DNA of 64,000 nt from Eledone cirrhosa (Eukaryota). Under the pieces are notes generated by a model, which saw only the letters and a list, made by a program, of their open reading frames with translations, searched no databases and was not told the DNA's origin. Shown in pieces: positions 13,806 to 26,733 of this stretch. The stretch lies in the NCBI GenBank assembly GCA_964016885.1, contig OZ024747.1:66216001-66280000 (forward strand), read 5' to 3'. Position 1 is the stretch's first letter, and each line of letters opens with the position of its first letter. A program made the translations under genes and the position numbers.

Positions 13806-15221
13806 ACAAATTTTATCGAAGAACCGAAATTTTAGCGATTCAAAACAGCCACAAAACTGATACGATCATTTTATATTTAATATTTATTTCTTAGTGTCAA
13901 ACGTTTCGTCACATGGTAACTAGGCCATAAACAATGCAACAAAAGTTTTCATATTAAAAAATAAATGATAAATTTTTATCTTACAAATATATTACTACTC
14001 TAAAACCTATCAAAATACCGAAACAACTCTCTTTACACACCCACACCCCACCCCGTCTCCTCACACACACACATACATATACTCGCAAACACATACACAC
14101 ACACAGGTCATATTATTTTGACATAAAAATTTTCTGTAAAGAATAGTGTATTCCTGTCCCAAATTATTGCAGTCAGAAGGCTCGGAAAGTGTAAATGACA
14201 GTTACTTCCATTTTAGTTTTCCAACAACTGTCCAAACATTTTTACTGTATTTATATCAATTTGATTTCTTTGCCTTTTGGCGCCAGATGTATATATATAT
14301 ATATATATATATAAATATATACAAATACACATTTAAAATTATATATATTGTAATAAGTAATAATAAATACGAAGACTAAAGTCCGAAATGGGTTTGATAA
14401 GGATTGTATATTAATAAGTATATATAAACCCGTGGGGCAATATTTATTATTAAAGGTTAAGTAAAAAATTGCTGCTTTCACCTAAGCAGGATATTCTGAA
14501 ACTATATATATCTGTTAGACACGCAGAATGTTTTAAGTCTGCGTGTCTGACATATATGCGTAGCTTGTGAATAAAAGATTCAAGGGGTTTCGCTGACTGT
14601 GGTGATCCCTGCCAAACATCTTTTGTAATGTATCGTCTTATTGGCTAATTTCATCATCTTATTGGCTAATCAACAAATGAGAGTAATTGTTGCTCAAAAG
14701 CATCCGCCACTTTGCACATTTATTTATCGTTTCGCTTTCGAATCTTCTTCCTGTATTTCGTCGTTTTATCATCAAAATATTTTTCTCGTTTTGGTAAGTT
14801 ATATTGTTAATTTATATAGGATTTTTTAAATTCGTTATAACATGCTTATAATATTGGTTGTATCATATTTACTTGTATATTTGTCCACATTATTGTTCGT
14901 TTTATGTTAGATTATTTTATTATTATTATGTCAGACTATTTTTTTTATTATTATGTTAGACTATTTGTATGTAATATTTAATATTTATTAATTCAACTTT
15001 AATAATTATTATGTAAAATATATTTATTTAATATTGATTGTTTTTTTGTAGTTGTTTATATTAAAAGTCTGAAAATATTTTTATACATCTTACAATAATA
15101 TTTATAAGATCATTTATAAAATAACAATTATATAATCTAATTACATTACAACGATAATTTATTATTAATATATATCATGTTTAACTAGAGTTTTTACAAG
15201 CGTTGCCTTAAAAAAAATTAA

Positions 15222-15668
15222 ACTAGACCTGAAAAATGCGCAAGCTCAAAAGAGCCACAGAATGTTATAATAAACCTTCAAAAGTGTGGGACTAGAGTTG
15301 TTGCTAAAAAATATTGTAATCATTATCTATCGTACACTCTGTGGCATCCTTTTATAATAAAGAGACTCATAACGAACTCAAGACGACACGATAATTATTT
15401 AAGTGAATTTATAATATATAATTGGGTTTAAGTGCATTTCGTATTAATCATTACTAAACATCTAATATGAGATATTGAACATTAGCTTAAATAATTATCG
15501 TGTCGTCTTGAGTTCGTTATGAGTCTCTTTTTTTATAAAAGGATGCCACCGAGTGTACGATAGATAATGATTACAATATTTTTGAGCAACAACTTTAGTC
15601 CCACACTTTTAAAGGTTTCTTATAACATTCTGTGGCTCTTTTGAGCTTGCGCATTTTTCAGGTCTAGT
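15222..15668. repeat. Fold-back element with ~180-bp inverted arms
   Basis: 15222-15402 is the near reverse complement of 15486-15668. Ends at a (TA)n tract. Confidence 0.9.
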
Positions 15669-15690
15669 ATATATATATATATATATATAT

Positions 15691-15905
15691 AACGAAGGAA
15701 ATCTGGTAAGGAACCAGATGGACCATAACGTACCAAAGTACTCAATACTTAGGGTAGTAGAGTGGGTAATAGGAACGAGTAGGACCCCGACGGCTGAGCT
15801 CAAGCCGTTTCGACGGCTAATTCTGGACTAAAAAAAAAAAATGTTTATTAGTCCAGAATTAGCCGTCGAAACGGCTTGAGCTCAGCCGTCGGGGACCTAC
15901 TCGTT

Positions 15906-15910
<5 letters not shown>
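15691..15910 (-). mobile_element. Second hairpin-plus-tail insert (family I)
   Basis: Arms 15769-15830 and 15849-15910 with an 18-nt A/T-rich loop. Tail matches the reverse complement of 929-1006. (TA)n on both sides. Confidence 0.8.
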
Positions 15911-15989
<79 letters not shown>

Positions 15990-15995
<6 letters not shown>

Positions 15996-16506
15996 AAAGA
16001 GAGAAGAAACATTAGATATAATTAATAAGATATACCATACCCAAATTCCTTCTTTACTCCTCGACTACGTAGTTTCGTGGCATATTATGCAAAAACACTA
16101 CATCACAGAGATATAGAATTTTTGTGAGGTCTGCCGACTTATCAAGAGGATACCTCATTAAGAGTTTCCGAAAGGTGGAGGGGGAGTCAATCACGTGATA
16201 CAGCGGTCAAGAAACAGAGCTAAGCCCCTTACAACCATGAAAGAAATACCACGGAGGCGGAGGGGTACTTATATCAAAGCCTTAGAAGAGGTGGCTAGGG
16301 TGGCGAGAAGTATGAGTAATGATAGCTTTCCAGCAGTCACTACACTTCAATGGTTACTTACCAAAGGGAGTTATAAGGAGATAAGTCGGCAGACCTCACA
16401 AAAATTCTATATCTATGCCACGAAACTACGTAGTCGAGGAGTAAAGAAAGAATTTGGGTATGGTATATCTTATTAATTATATCTAATGTTTCTTCTCTCT
16501 TTATAA
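15990..16506. mobile_element. Inverted-repeat insert with a degenerate hammerhead 3' half in each arm
   Basis: Arms 15990-16143 and 16380-16506; the right arm lacks ~25 nt. Both contain CGAAAC-TACGTA-GTC-GAG, a palindromic stem III. Confidence 0.7.
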
Positions 16507-16675
16507 TGTATTATATAGCTCTGATACTGAATCAATCTAATCCATTCGGATTATTTTGTCCCAGTTATTCATAGAGCAACATCGGTTGAGGTAGGCACCA
16601 CTAATTCAAGGATATATGTGGATATATTCATGTATATGTATGTGTCCGCATGTATCTGTGTGTTTCTGTATATTG

Positions 16676-16720
<45 letters not shown>

Positions 16721-17011
16721 ATATAAGTGTGTGTACGAATGAATGAATTTGTGGGTCGTGTGTATGTGAGTGAGTCTATGTCTGTATATTTGGGTGTGAA
16801 TTTGTGTGTGTGTGTGTTGTTGTTGGGTTAATTAGAGAAACTTCTAAATAAAACTACACAAAATCAGTTTTGCTTTTATCACGCTATGTTTTGTCACAAA
16901 ACAGATTTCATGTAAGACTACCCGAGCTGTTCGAACGCAAACAATCTAAAATTTCATAACATATATACACCGCAAAAAAACCTACCAGCTCTCACTTATA
17001 CACATGTGCAT

Positions 17012-17093
<82 letters not shown>

Positions 17094-17174
17094 GCATGTA
17101 TATATTGCATTTTTGGTATGTATGTATATATATATTTGTATGTATGTATGTATGTATGTATGTATGTATGTATG

Positions 17175-17207
<33 letters not shown>

Positions 17208-17549
17208 TTGTATCAATGTATGTGTATATGCATTTATGTATGTATGTATGTATATATTTATGTATGTATATATGTATGTATATATGTATTAATATATCTA
17301 TGTATATTCAATAGATTGATTGAGCATTGCCTAAAAGGTATTTCTGTGGGAAAGCTATCGTGCAGCACATAAATTAGTAAGTAACTGAAGCCTGGGGCAT
17401 CATCCGTGTCTGAAGGTAGAGTGCTATTATAACTTCGCTAAATGTATTTTCGTTTTAATCCCGGGAGTTCATCACTATATATATACACACAAACACTTAC
17501 ACTTACACTCACACATACACACAAACACACACACTTATACTTACACTTA

Positions 17550-17583
<34 letters not shown>

Positions 17584-17964
17584 CACTTGTACTTACACTT
17601 ACACACACTCACACACACTCTCTCTCACACACACACACACACACACTCATACTTACAGTTACACACACACACACACACACATACACACACACACACACAC
17701 TGAATAGCAGTCCAGAAATAGCCGTCGAAACGGCTTGAGCTCTGCCGGCGGGGTTAAACATTTTCGTATTACCCACTCTACTACCCTAAGGTATTGAGTA
17801 CTCTGGTGCGTTATGGTCCATCTGGTTCCTTACCACACTTCTTTCGTTATACATACATATATATATATGTGTGTGTGTGTGTGTGCTTATATCCAAATAG
17901 ATAAATATATATGTTATCTTAACTTTCTCATAAATTTCGCACACGCACACACACACACATATAC

Positions 17965-18100
<136 letters not shown>

Positions 18101-18291
18101 ATATATATATATATGTCTATATGTCTTTGCGTGTAATTGTTTTTCACCGCTCCAAATAATGACGTATTATTCGTTTTTTCCCGTTCTTTGCCAGGTTTCG
18201 TTTCCACGAACCAAAGTATCGTCTTCCTGTCTTCCTCCGGTTGCAAAGTTTTTTGAAATATTCACTTCTTCGTTTACATATTGACTTTGTT

Positions 18292-18342
18292 AGTTTCAGA
18301 AGATCCCGTTAAGGATGAAAACAGCGATTCTTTGCTTAAACT
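18292..18342 (+). ncRNA. Hammerhead-like ribozyme, family A copy
   Basis: AGTTT-CAGAAGA-TCCCGTTAAGGAT-GAAA-ACA..TGC-TT-AAACT. Confidence 0.45.
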
Positions 18343-18533
18343 TTAATCCGTTATTTTAATAAATATATATATATATATATACATTTGGAATTTTAGAAAT
18401 ATGACATATGGCAATTCTAGGGCATATTTAAACCTAGCGCAGCCCAATCCTCTCCAGGTCTGAATACAGCAGATTTCTTCCAGAGAAGGATAGAGAGTGA
18501 AAGAGAGGAAGTGAGAAAGGAATAGAGAGGAAG

Positions 18534-18690
18534 AATCAACCCCAGTACTAGACTGGTACTTTTTTATCGACCTCGAAAGGATAAAAGGCAAAGTTGATCT
18601 CGGCGGGATTTGAACTCAGAAAGCAGAGAGCCGAAGCGAATACTATAAAGTATTATATCTGACCTTATAACAACTCTGCCAATTCTCCTT
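18534..18690 (-). mobile_element. Diverged SINE copy
   Basis: Reverse complement of the B box and core (GGCGGGATTTGAACTCAG; CTGGTACTTTTTTATCGACC). Confidence 0.75.
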
Positions 18691-18916
18691 ACACACACAC
18701 ACACAGTCACACATCCACACATATATATGAGTGTGTGTGCGTGTGCGCGCGCGCGCCTCATGGATAACGTCATGACATGCGGCATGTGTTGGTTATTTCA
18801 ACCAAGTGGAGTTCATTCCTTTCCACCTCTGAACACAGCTAATTTCTTCCAGAGAAAAGAAGGGAAAGATTAACATAAACTTTGATCCACATCCCATATA
18901 CGTATGCAAATAATGA

Positions 18917-19130
18917 TGTCTAGTATAGGCACAAGGCCAGTAATTTTGGGGAGGGGAAAGTCGATTAAATCGACCCCAGTACGTTACTGGTGCTTTATTT
19001 TATCGACCCCGTAAGGATGAAAGGCAAAGTTAACCTCGGCGGGATTTGAACTCAGACTGTAAAAGACCATAACTCTATGCTACAAAGCATGGCGTCCGAC
19101 TCTCTACCGATACTGCCAATCCACCGCCCT
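18917..19130 (-). mobile_element. Full-length tRNA-derived SINE
   Basis: A box, B box, core and tail all present on the minus strand. Confidence 0.9.
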
Positions 19131-20089
19131 ACATTATGCAAATAATAAAACCGCACATGAATAGAAACAAATCGTAGAAGTGAGTATTAAATACTGGAAG
19201 TTGATTTTCCAAGGATTATCTGAATCGTTAGACATTTCATGTGACAATTGAGAAGAAAAGTGTTAAGTGTCTGTCTGAACAGTGCAAGTAGATTCTGTCA
19301 TACACGTTTACTTTGCTTCTCGTGTTTCATTGTTTGCGTTTTAAAATAATGCATCATGGGAAACGTCATCTGGAAACATCGGATAAGATATTGATTATTT
19401 ATCTAATTCGAAAAGAAAGTAATAAAAACATCATTAGAATAAACCGTATTTCAAAACAACTTTATTTATTTGATAATTATATTATCAAATTTTGTTACCT
19501 TTAATTAATATCGATTTATTTATTTGTCTGTTTATACATTTATTTATCTGTCTATTTATTCATCGATATTTTTATCTGTTTATTTTTCTCTCATTCTATT
19601 AGGTATGTCTTATTAAATGACAATGGAGCTATTCTTAAAAATATAAAAAATTATTTTAATTTTACTGACTTCAGACATTAACAGAAGCACATTCTTGAAT
19701 TCTTTTATCGTGGGAATTTCTCCTGGATTGGAGACGGGATTCTCGTCAAAAGATTTCCCACGAGAGGTTTTCATTATTCAGTCAAACAACACTGCAATGT
19801 GATGAAACACTTGTCATATTTATTGTGCTACTGCTGTCCTTAACAGTGGTGAATTTATAAAACACACACTCTGACATATACTGAGGATTTAGTGGACTGC
19901 GAGTGTTTCCATTGACATGGAGAGATACGCAGTTGTGTTCTTGTGAACATAGCAAACAAGGTGGTTTATCTGGTACCATATCGACTAAATATTCTTCGAG
20001 TTTTCGGTAGGCAGCAATGTTTCTATTCACTCCCGTTATCTTTCTTTACACATACACACACACACAAACACACAAACACACACAGACCC

Positions 20090-20165
<76 letters not shown>

Positions 20166-20315
20166 ATATATATATATAAAATAATTGTTTCTACTTTAGG
20201 CACAAGGCCAGCAATTACCCAGTGCATTACTGGTACTTTATTTTATCGACCCTGTAAGGATGAAAGGCAAAGAATGGTAGTTAAGACAGGGTTAAATCAC
20301 CATAATTGTTTATTG

Positions 20316-20364
20316 CATTATATATATTTCTGTTACATGGTTATTCATGTGACTTCGTCAGATG
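20316..20364 (-). ncRNA. Minimal type-I hammerhead ribozyme (family C)
   Basis: CAT-CTGACGA-A-GTCACATG AATAAC CATGTAAC-A-GAAA-TATATA-TA-ATG. Confidence 0.7.
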
Positions 20365-20425
20365 TTTACGCAATCATTGTGATATGCCGGTGGCCATGTA
20401 TTCCATCCAGTGATGAAGTAGTTCG

Positions 20426-20536
<111 letters not shown>

Positions 20537-20611
20537 GTCAATATATGCATATGTTTTTATATGTCTCTTGTGTTGAAAAATAGGTCAAGTATGTTATAGA
20601 TCACTAAATAG

Positions 20612-20660
20612 TTGCTCCGAAGAATCCAAACCTCGGTTTGGAGGAAACAATTGTAAGCAA
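20612..20660 (+). ncRNA. Minimal type-I hammerhead ribozyme, core CCGAAGA (family D)
   Basis: TTGCT-CCGAAGA-A-TCCAAACC TC GGTTTGGA-G-GAAA-CAATTG-TA-AGCAA. GUA cleavage triplet and palindromic stem III. Confidence 0.75.
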
Positions 20661-20694
20661 ATAAATGATTTAAACTGAACTTTGATTATTGTAA

Positions 20695-20752
<58 letters not shown>

Positions 20753-21377
20753 ACAGAGAGACAGAGAGAAGGGGTAGATAGATAGATAAAGAGACGGAAA
20801 TATCTATAACCAGTAAGGGACGTATCCAAGAAAATTTCAATTTATTCTAAAAAAAAATTCGTTTCATTTCTTTTCTGTTTAAACTTTTCTATAAACTACA
20901 AACTATTCGGTATTTTTGTTTTGAAATTGTTTTTTCTTAAAATCAAAACCTTGTATTAGCAAGAGTTAAAAAAGCGAGACATATAACTTGGTTATTTCGT
21001 TTAATACTCAATCATTTTCGCCGAAATACTCTTCTTGGCTGAAAAATTCGAAATGTTGAAGAATTGTTATAAAAAAGAAAACTGAAAAGAAAGAAATTAA
21101 TAAAAACTAAATTGAATTTATCTGCATTAACTTAATGTTAATTTCAATAAATCGAGAAAAAAAATGAGAATATAATAATTTAATAACAAAATATGGATTC
21201 TTAGCAATGCTTCGTGTAAATTATATATTGCAATCGGAAAGAAATGAAAAGAAAAATATTTCTTCATATTATGTTGAAAACAGTTTAGCCCGAAAGAAAT
21301 ATTTGACAAACGCAAATTATATTGTCTGAATTGTATGTGAAGCAAATTCAATTTTTCATTCATTCATTCATTCATTC

Positions 21378-21618
21378 ATTCTTCTTCTTCTTCTTCTTCT
21401 TCTTCTTCTTCTTCTTCTTCTTCTTCTTCTTCTTCTTCTTCTTCTTCTTCTCCTCCTCCTCCTCCTCCTCCTCCTTCTTCTTCTTCTTCTTCTTCTTCTT
21501 CTTCTTCTTCTTCTTCTTCTTCTTCTTCTTCTTCTTCTTCTTCTTCTTCTTCTTCGTCTTCTTCTTCTCACCCATCATCATCATCATTATCATCATCATC
21601 ATCATCATCATCATCATT
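21378..21618. repeat. (TTC)n/(TCC)n/(ATC)n compound microsatellite
   Basis: Read directly from the sequence. Confidence 0.97.
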
Positions 21619-22006
21619 ATTTTCTTTTTTTACCTACGTCAGAGAAAGTCAAGAAAATAACCAACCATGAGCTATTCTTTTGAAGTTGATATTATTCCTG
21701 TCTGAAAAATATTGAGAAAAGCAAAGAATCTTAAGATAATAATTCTGAGGCAATTTATATAATATTGTGGTCAGTTGGTGGATTATTAGTTAAAATCTAT
21801 TTCAGTTTGTAGCAAAAATCTTGTTATGGTTCAAATGAAGATTTTGGAGAATTAAATGATACATATAAGTATGTATGTTCTTCTGGTTTTATAATTTCAC
21901 AAATTTTTTCTCAATAGAGAGAGAGAGTCGGTTTCTAACACATACACAAGACTCTCTCATTGGAATTTACACAACATCAACTAGGTAGATTATGCATGCA
22001 TGCATG

Positions 22007-25000
22007 TGTAGATATGGATGTTATTGTATGTGCCCCAATAATCACAGGCATAAATCTGTAGGTGTAATCAGGATGGAGTATCTGCAGATTTCTCATCAGT
22101 TCTGCATAAATATTCTCCTTTTCACTAATCTTGGATATTATACTGGCATCTGCTGGGCAGCTAATTTCCACTACTGTGCATGCTTTCTTCTCCCTGTCCC
22201 ATATCATAATATCTGGTCTGTTATGCCTACATTTTATTGGGTTTTTTACTGGAACATTCCACCAGTACTCTTTCATATTATGTACATGGATGTCTTCCAC
22301 ATTGCTATAGCTTTTAATGTGTTTATTATCGGGGCTCTCTTTTTTACGAACTGCATTGTACAGTGCTTTGGCCACTACATCATGTCTCAAAGGTAGATAG
22401 TACCGCGATGGCATATTTGGACAGCTGCTGATGCCATGGGTGATATCCTCGATGTTAGTTCTGCAGAGTCTGCATTTGTTATCACATCTAGGGTGTTTTG
22501 CCTGCATCCCTATCTCTTTTGTAAATCAGGTATTTCGTGTTAATCTCCTGTTCTTGGATTGCAAAAGCGTATCCTTCAAAGTGGGAGCCAATATAGCGGT
22601 TGTTGGTCCAAGATAGACTATTTTCCTTATCTATATTACTCTCACTCTGGAGCTTCCTGGTAACATATCCATGCATGATTTTTTGCTGATAAGCATGCAG
22701 TTTCTCATCCATGGATTCACTGCGATACTGCTGAGCGACATCCCTGGGTGTGAGTTTTTGATTATCACACAGGGAATATCTCTCGAGGAGTTCCTTCCCA
22801 ACTCTCATGATCTTATTTGTTTCATGCAGATAGACTTGCTCGAGAAACGGGCTCCTACGCTTCGAGGTTCGTAGATGTTGTCAGAGAGATATGATGTGAC
22901 ATTCAAATGTTGTCTGGACTGATGTTAGGCCTCTGCCTCCCTGCTTACGTTTCAAGTAAAGGCGGTCTATGTCACTGTTGATGTGGAAGTTTCCGGTGTT
23001 GTTTAGTACTTTTCGAGTTCCAACATCAACTGCTCGGATTTCGTCTATCGTCCAATTGAGTATTCCAAACGTTGGTGTTAGGACAGGCACAGCAAACACA
23101 TTCTGGGCACTGTTTTGTTTTGCGCAGAGAGTTCCGATGACCAGATCTTTCTTAACCGGGTGTAGTATTCCCTGGTTACGCGTTCTTTATTACAGATACC
23201 ACCATTATAGGATATGTTCTCATCTATCCCCAGGTATCTGTAGCAGTCCTCATCAGATATTTTTGAAACAGTTAGTCCATTGATGACAATGTTGCTAGAT
23301 TGGGTTGATATTTTCCCCGCTTTACAATCATGTATGAGCATTTATCTTGGTCAAACTCCATTCCTATATCCTTTGAGAACGTTGTAACCAGGTCAATATT
23401 TTTCTGCATCCCATCCATGTTCTTGGCATAGAGTTTCAGATCGTCCACAAATAAATTGTGGGTTAGGTTCGTATTTCTGTCCTCCTGTGAGCCAATGATG
23501 TATCCCTCACATTTCTTGACCAGAAAGGACAAGGGGTTTAATGACAAGATGAATAATATCACACAGAGACTGTCCCCCTGAAATATACCCCTGCAATATT
23601 TTATTTTATCAGTGAAAATAGAGTCCTCCCTCTCTGTCTTTAACGTTAGGATAGTAGCCCAAGAAGAAGACAGCCTCTCTATGGCTCTGACAATAGGACT
23701 TTAACAAGTTGGAGGGCCTCTATCATCCAAGAGTGGGGAACAGAATTGAAAGCGTTCCTGTAGTCCAGCTAGACTGTAGCCATATTCCTCCTAAGTTGTC
23801 GCACCTCAGACATCGCAGTTTTGTTGATTAGGAGTTGTTCAGCACATCCCCAAACTCCTTTCTTTCCAGCTGTTTGTTCATCTGTGATGATGTTATTATT
23901 TTCACAGTGATCTTGGAGGAATAGGTTCAGGCAGGCTGTATACATCTTATACATCAGGTTCTGGCATGCAATGGGCCGGTAGTTATTTGGCAAGCGGGTG
24001 TCTTTGTTCTTGGGGACCAGTAATGTTTGTGCTAATGTCAACCATTCTGGTATAAGTGTATCTCCTTTAAGAACTTGTTGGTAGAGGTCAGTAAGATACC
24101 TCCGATAGAATATCAGTTTTTTGTACCAGTAGCCGACAATCATGTCTCTTCCTGGTGTTTTCTTATCTTGTAGTTTTCCTATCACAGTCTCAAGAGTACC
24201 CTCACTTATTTTGTATGTTTTTGTTGTAGTGTAGGAGCAATAGTTCTTTCGGATTTCTCTTAACCACACTGCATCTTGGTTGAAATTCTTCTTTTCACCC
24301 CATATTTTGCTCCAAAAGGAATCAATGTCTTTCTGGGTGACACTTATTATTTTGTTCTTCATATCTCTATAGACTGATGTTTGGTTTCGTCTGAATCTTT
24401 TATTAAGTACTTTTCTCTCATCTACCTTCTTCAGATATCGGCGTTTTTAGCTAACAGCTCTCAATTCTTGTTTGAGGGTGATCAGCTTATATTGGAGAGT
24501 TCTGGTTCTACTGTTACCAAACATCGTCTCTATTTTATTTTTCACTCTTTGTTGGTGAGGAGTGAGGTTTTTTTTGTGTTTGTTTGCATGCAAGGAGCAT
24601 TGTCACATATCCTATGTTTTTCGTAGGTCAGCACTCTTTTTTTCTATTTTAGTTATATATGATGGTATTTTGGGTGGTGTTCTGTTCTTGTTAACATCTC
24701 TGCTATCACCAAGATAATGCTTCACTGTCGTTGCTAAGGCATATAAACAGGCGTTGATTTGCCAAAATGTTGGGGGTTTTATCCGTCGTAAATATTCATC
24801 CCCTATTTCGTCAATAACACGTAATATTTCATTATTTGGTTTTTTATTAAACATTGTTGTTTTAATACGTTCAGCAAGAGAGATATTTATACATGAATTA
24901 ATTTCTCTCTGGAAGATTTCGTTGATGGAAATTTTCAATTGTTTATACTTTTGATTATTATCATTATTGATAGTATTTTCCACAACAATCGAGGTAGACT

Positions 25001-25760
25001 CGGATGGTACACGTGGTGTCAAATTTCTTCGATTTTTATTATTTCTTTGATTATTATTATTATCGATAGTGTTTTCCCCAGCATTCGAGGTAGACTTAGA
25101 TGGTACAGGTGATGTCAAGTTTCTTACAGGCATAGTTGTTTCAAGGCGCTGTTCGACCTGGCTGTTAGGAAGTCTAGTAGCATGGCGACCTGTAGCACGT
25201 GTTGTTTATAACATGTTTGTTGTGGGGACTTACAATTAATAATATTTATCTTATTTTTACGTTCAACAAACGTTGCTTGTTGGCGTAATTGTTTCGCTGT
25301 GAAATAATTTAGGTCTGGGTGCATTTCGTCCCAGTGTAGCTTCATTCTGTTCATATAGCCAATGGAGGGATTGTTTTTTGCCATTTTTTAACAATTAAAT
25401 AAATCATTATTAAGTTCGCAACTCCAAGAGAAATGTGATTTATAATTTCGGTTTCTTCTGTAGCTACAACTGAATAAAGTTTGTTTACCGTCCTTCTTAT
25501 TTATCTTCGATACTTCCTTAATTTTGTTGTTGATGTTGTGTTCAGCCATGCTGTTTGTAGCAAATCCTTGTAAAATGAATTATGTATTTAGTTGGATATC
25601 TCTACGAATTCGAATAAAAGGTGTCTTCAGAAGGGATAGTTAGAAGAATAACCAGTTATTCAACATGACTGTAGTTGTGGCATTACTGTCGGAGATAGTA
25701 TTCATCTTAAATTTAGTAAATAGTCTCCCACGCCAAAATATGCGACTGATCGCGTTGACT
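22007..25760 (-). mobile_element. Degenerate near full-length R4/Dong-clade RLE LINE (RT, CCHC, PD-(D/E)xK endonuclease)
   Basis: Frameshifted pieces: NYRPIACQNLMYK, GxFQGDSL, HNLFVDDLKLYA, CRLC..EDITHGISSC, RHDVVAK, HNRPDIMIWD..VVEISCP. Candidate ATG at 25549. Confidence 0.9.
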
Positions 25761-25861
25761 GTGTATGTATGTTTGCATGTATGTATGCATGTATGTATGT
25801 GTGTATGTATGTGTGTATGTATGTATCTATGTAGGTATCTATGTATGTCCCATATCACTGT

Positions 25862-26620
25862 GTCTAGCCTGTTATGTTTTGACTGGAACATTCCGCCATT
25901 ACTCGTTCATATTAGTATGCATACACCCTCCTCATCATTGAAGCTTTTAATATTTTTTCTCAGTACTAAACTTTCTACGGATTGCATAGTATAGTGTTTT
26001 GGCCCCTACAATAGATAGTATCTTTATGACACTTTTGGACGGCTGCTTATGATGAGGGTGACATTCTCGCTGTTTAAGCTGTAGTGTCTACATCTGTTAC
26101 ATCTAGGTGCATCCACATCTCCTTTGTGAATCAGGTATTTCGTTGATATTTCCTGTTCTCAGATTGCAAAAGTGTATAGTTCAAAGTAAGAGTCAATACA
26201 CCACCTGTTGGTCCAAGATAGACTACTATAATACTCTCACTTTCAAGCTTTCTGGCAACATTTTTCTGATAAGCATCCAGCTTTTCATCCATGGATTCGT
26301 TGCGGGATTACTGTGCAGTTTCTCTGGATATGAGGTTTGAGTTATCATGGAGGGACTATTTCTCTATTTCTCGGAGAGCTCCTTTTCAACTCTTATGATG
26401 ATATGTGCCTTATGTAGACAGATTGTTCGTAAATGTTGTTGGAGGCATATAATGCTACATTCAAATACTATTTGGATTGATATTAAGTTTCTCTCGCCCC
26501 TCCCTGTTTACGCTATGGGTACAGGTGGTTTATGTCACTGTTGTGCAGATTTCCGGTATCGGTTAGTACTTTTCTGGTTTTAACATCAATGGTTCGAATC
26601 ACATCTAGCGTCCAGTGTAA
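25862..26620 (-). mobile_element. Older degraded copy of the C-terminal part of the same R4-type family
   Basis: Segments align by eye with 22210-23060 (e.g. GCCTGTTATG/TGGAACATTCC; WTLDVIRTIDVKTRKVL). Confidence 0.75.
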
Positions 26621-26702
26621 ACAAAATGCCAAAATATAATGTAATTGTATACACGCACATTCACACATATATACATGCAAACACATATACGCATATGCAT
26701 AT

Positions 26703-26733
<31 letters not shown>

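Noticed and set aside
19893-19946. WTASVSIDMERYAVVFL resembles GPCR TM3 (ERY)
   Set aside because: Bounded by in-frame stops, has no splice donor at the required phase, and overlaps what the 46559 exon already encodes. Probably chance.
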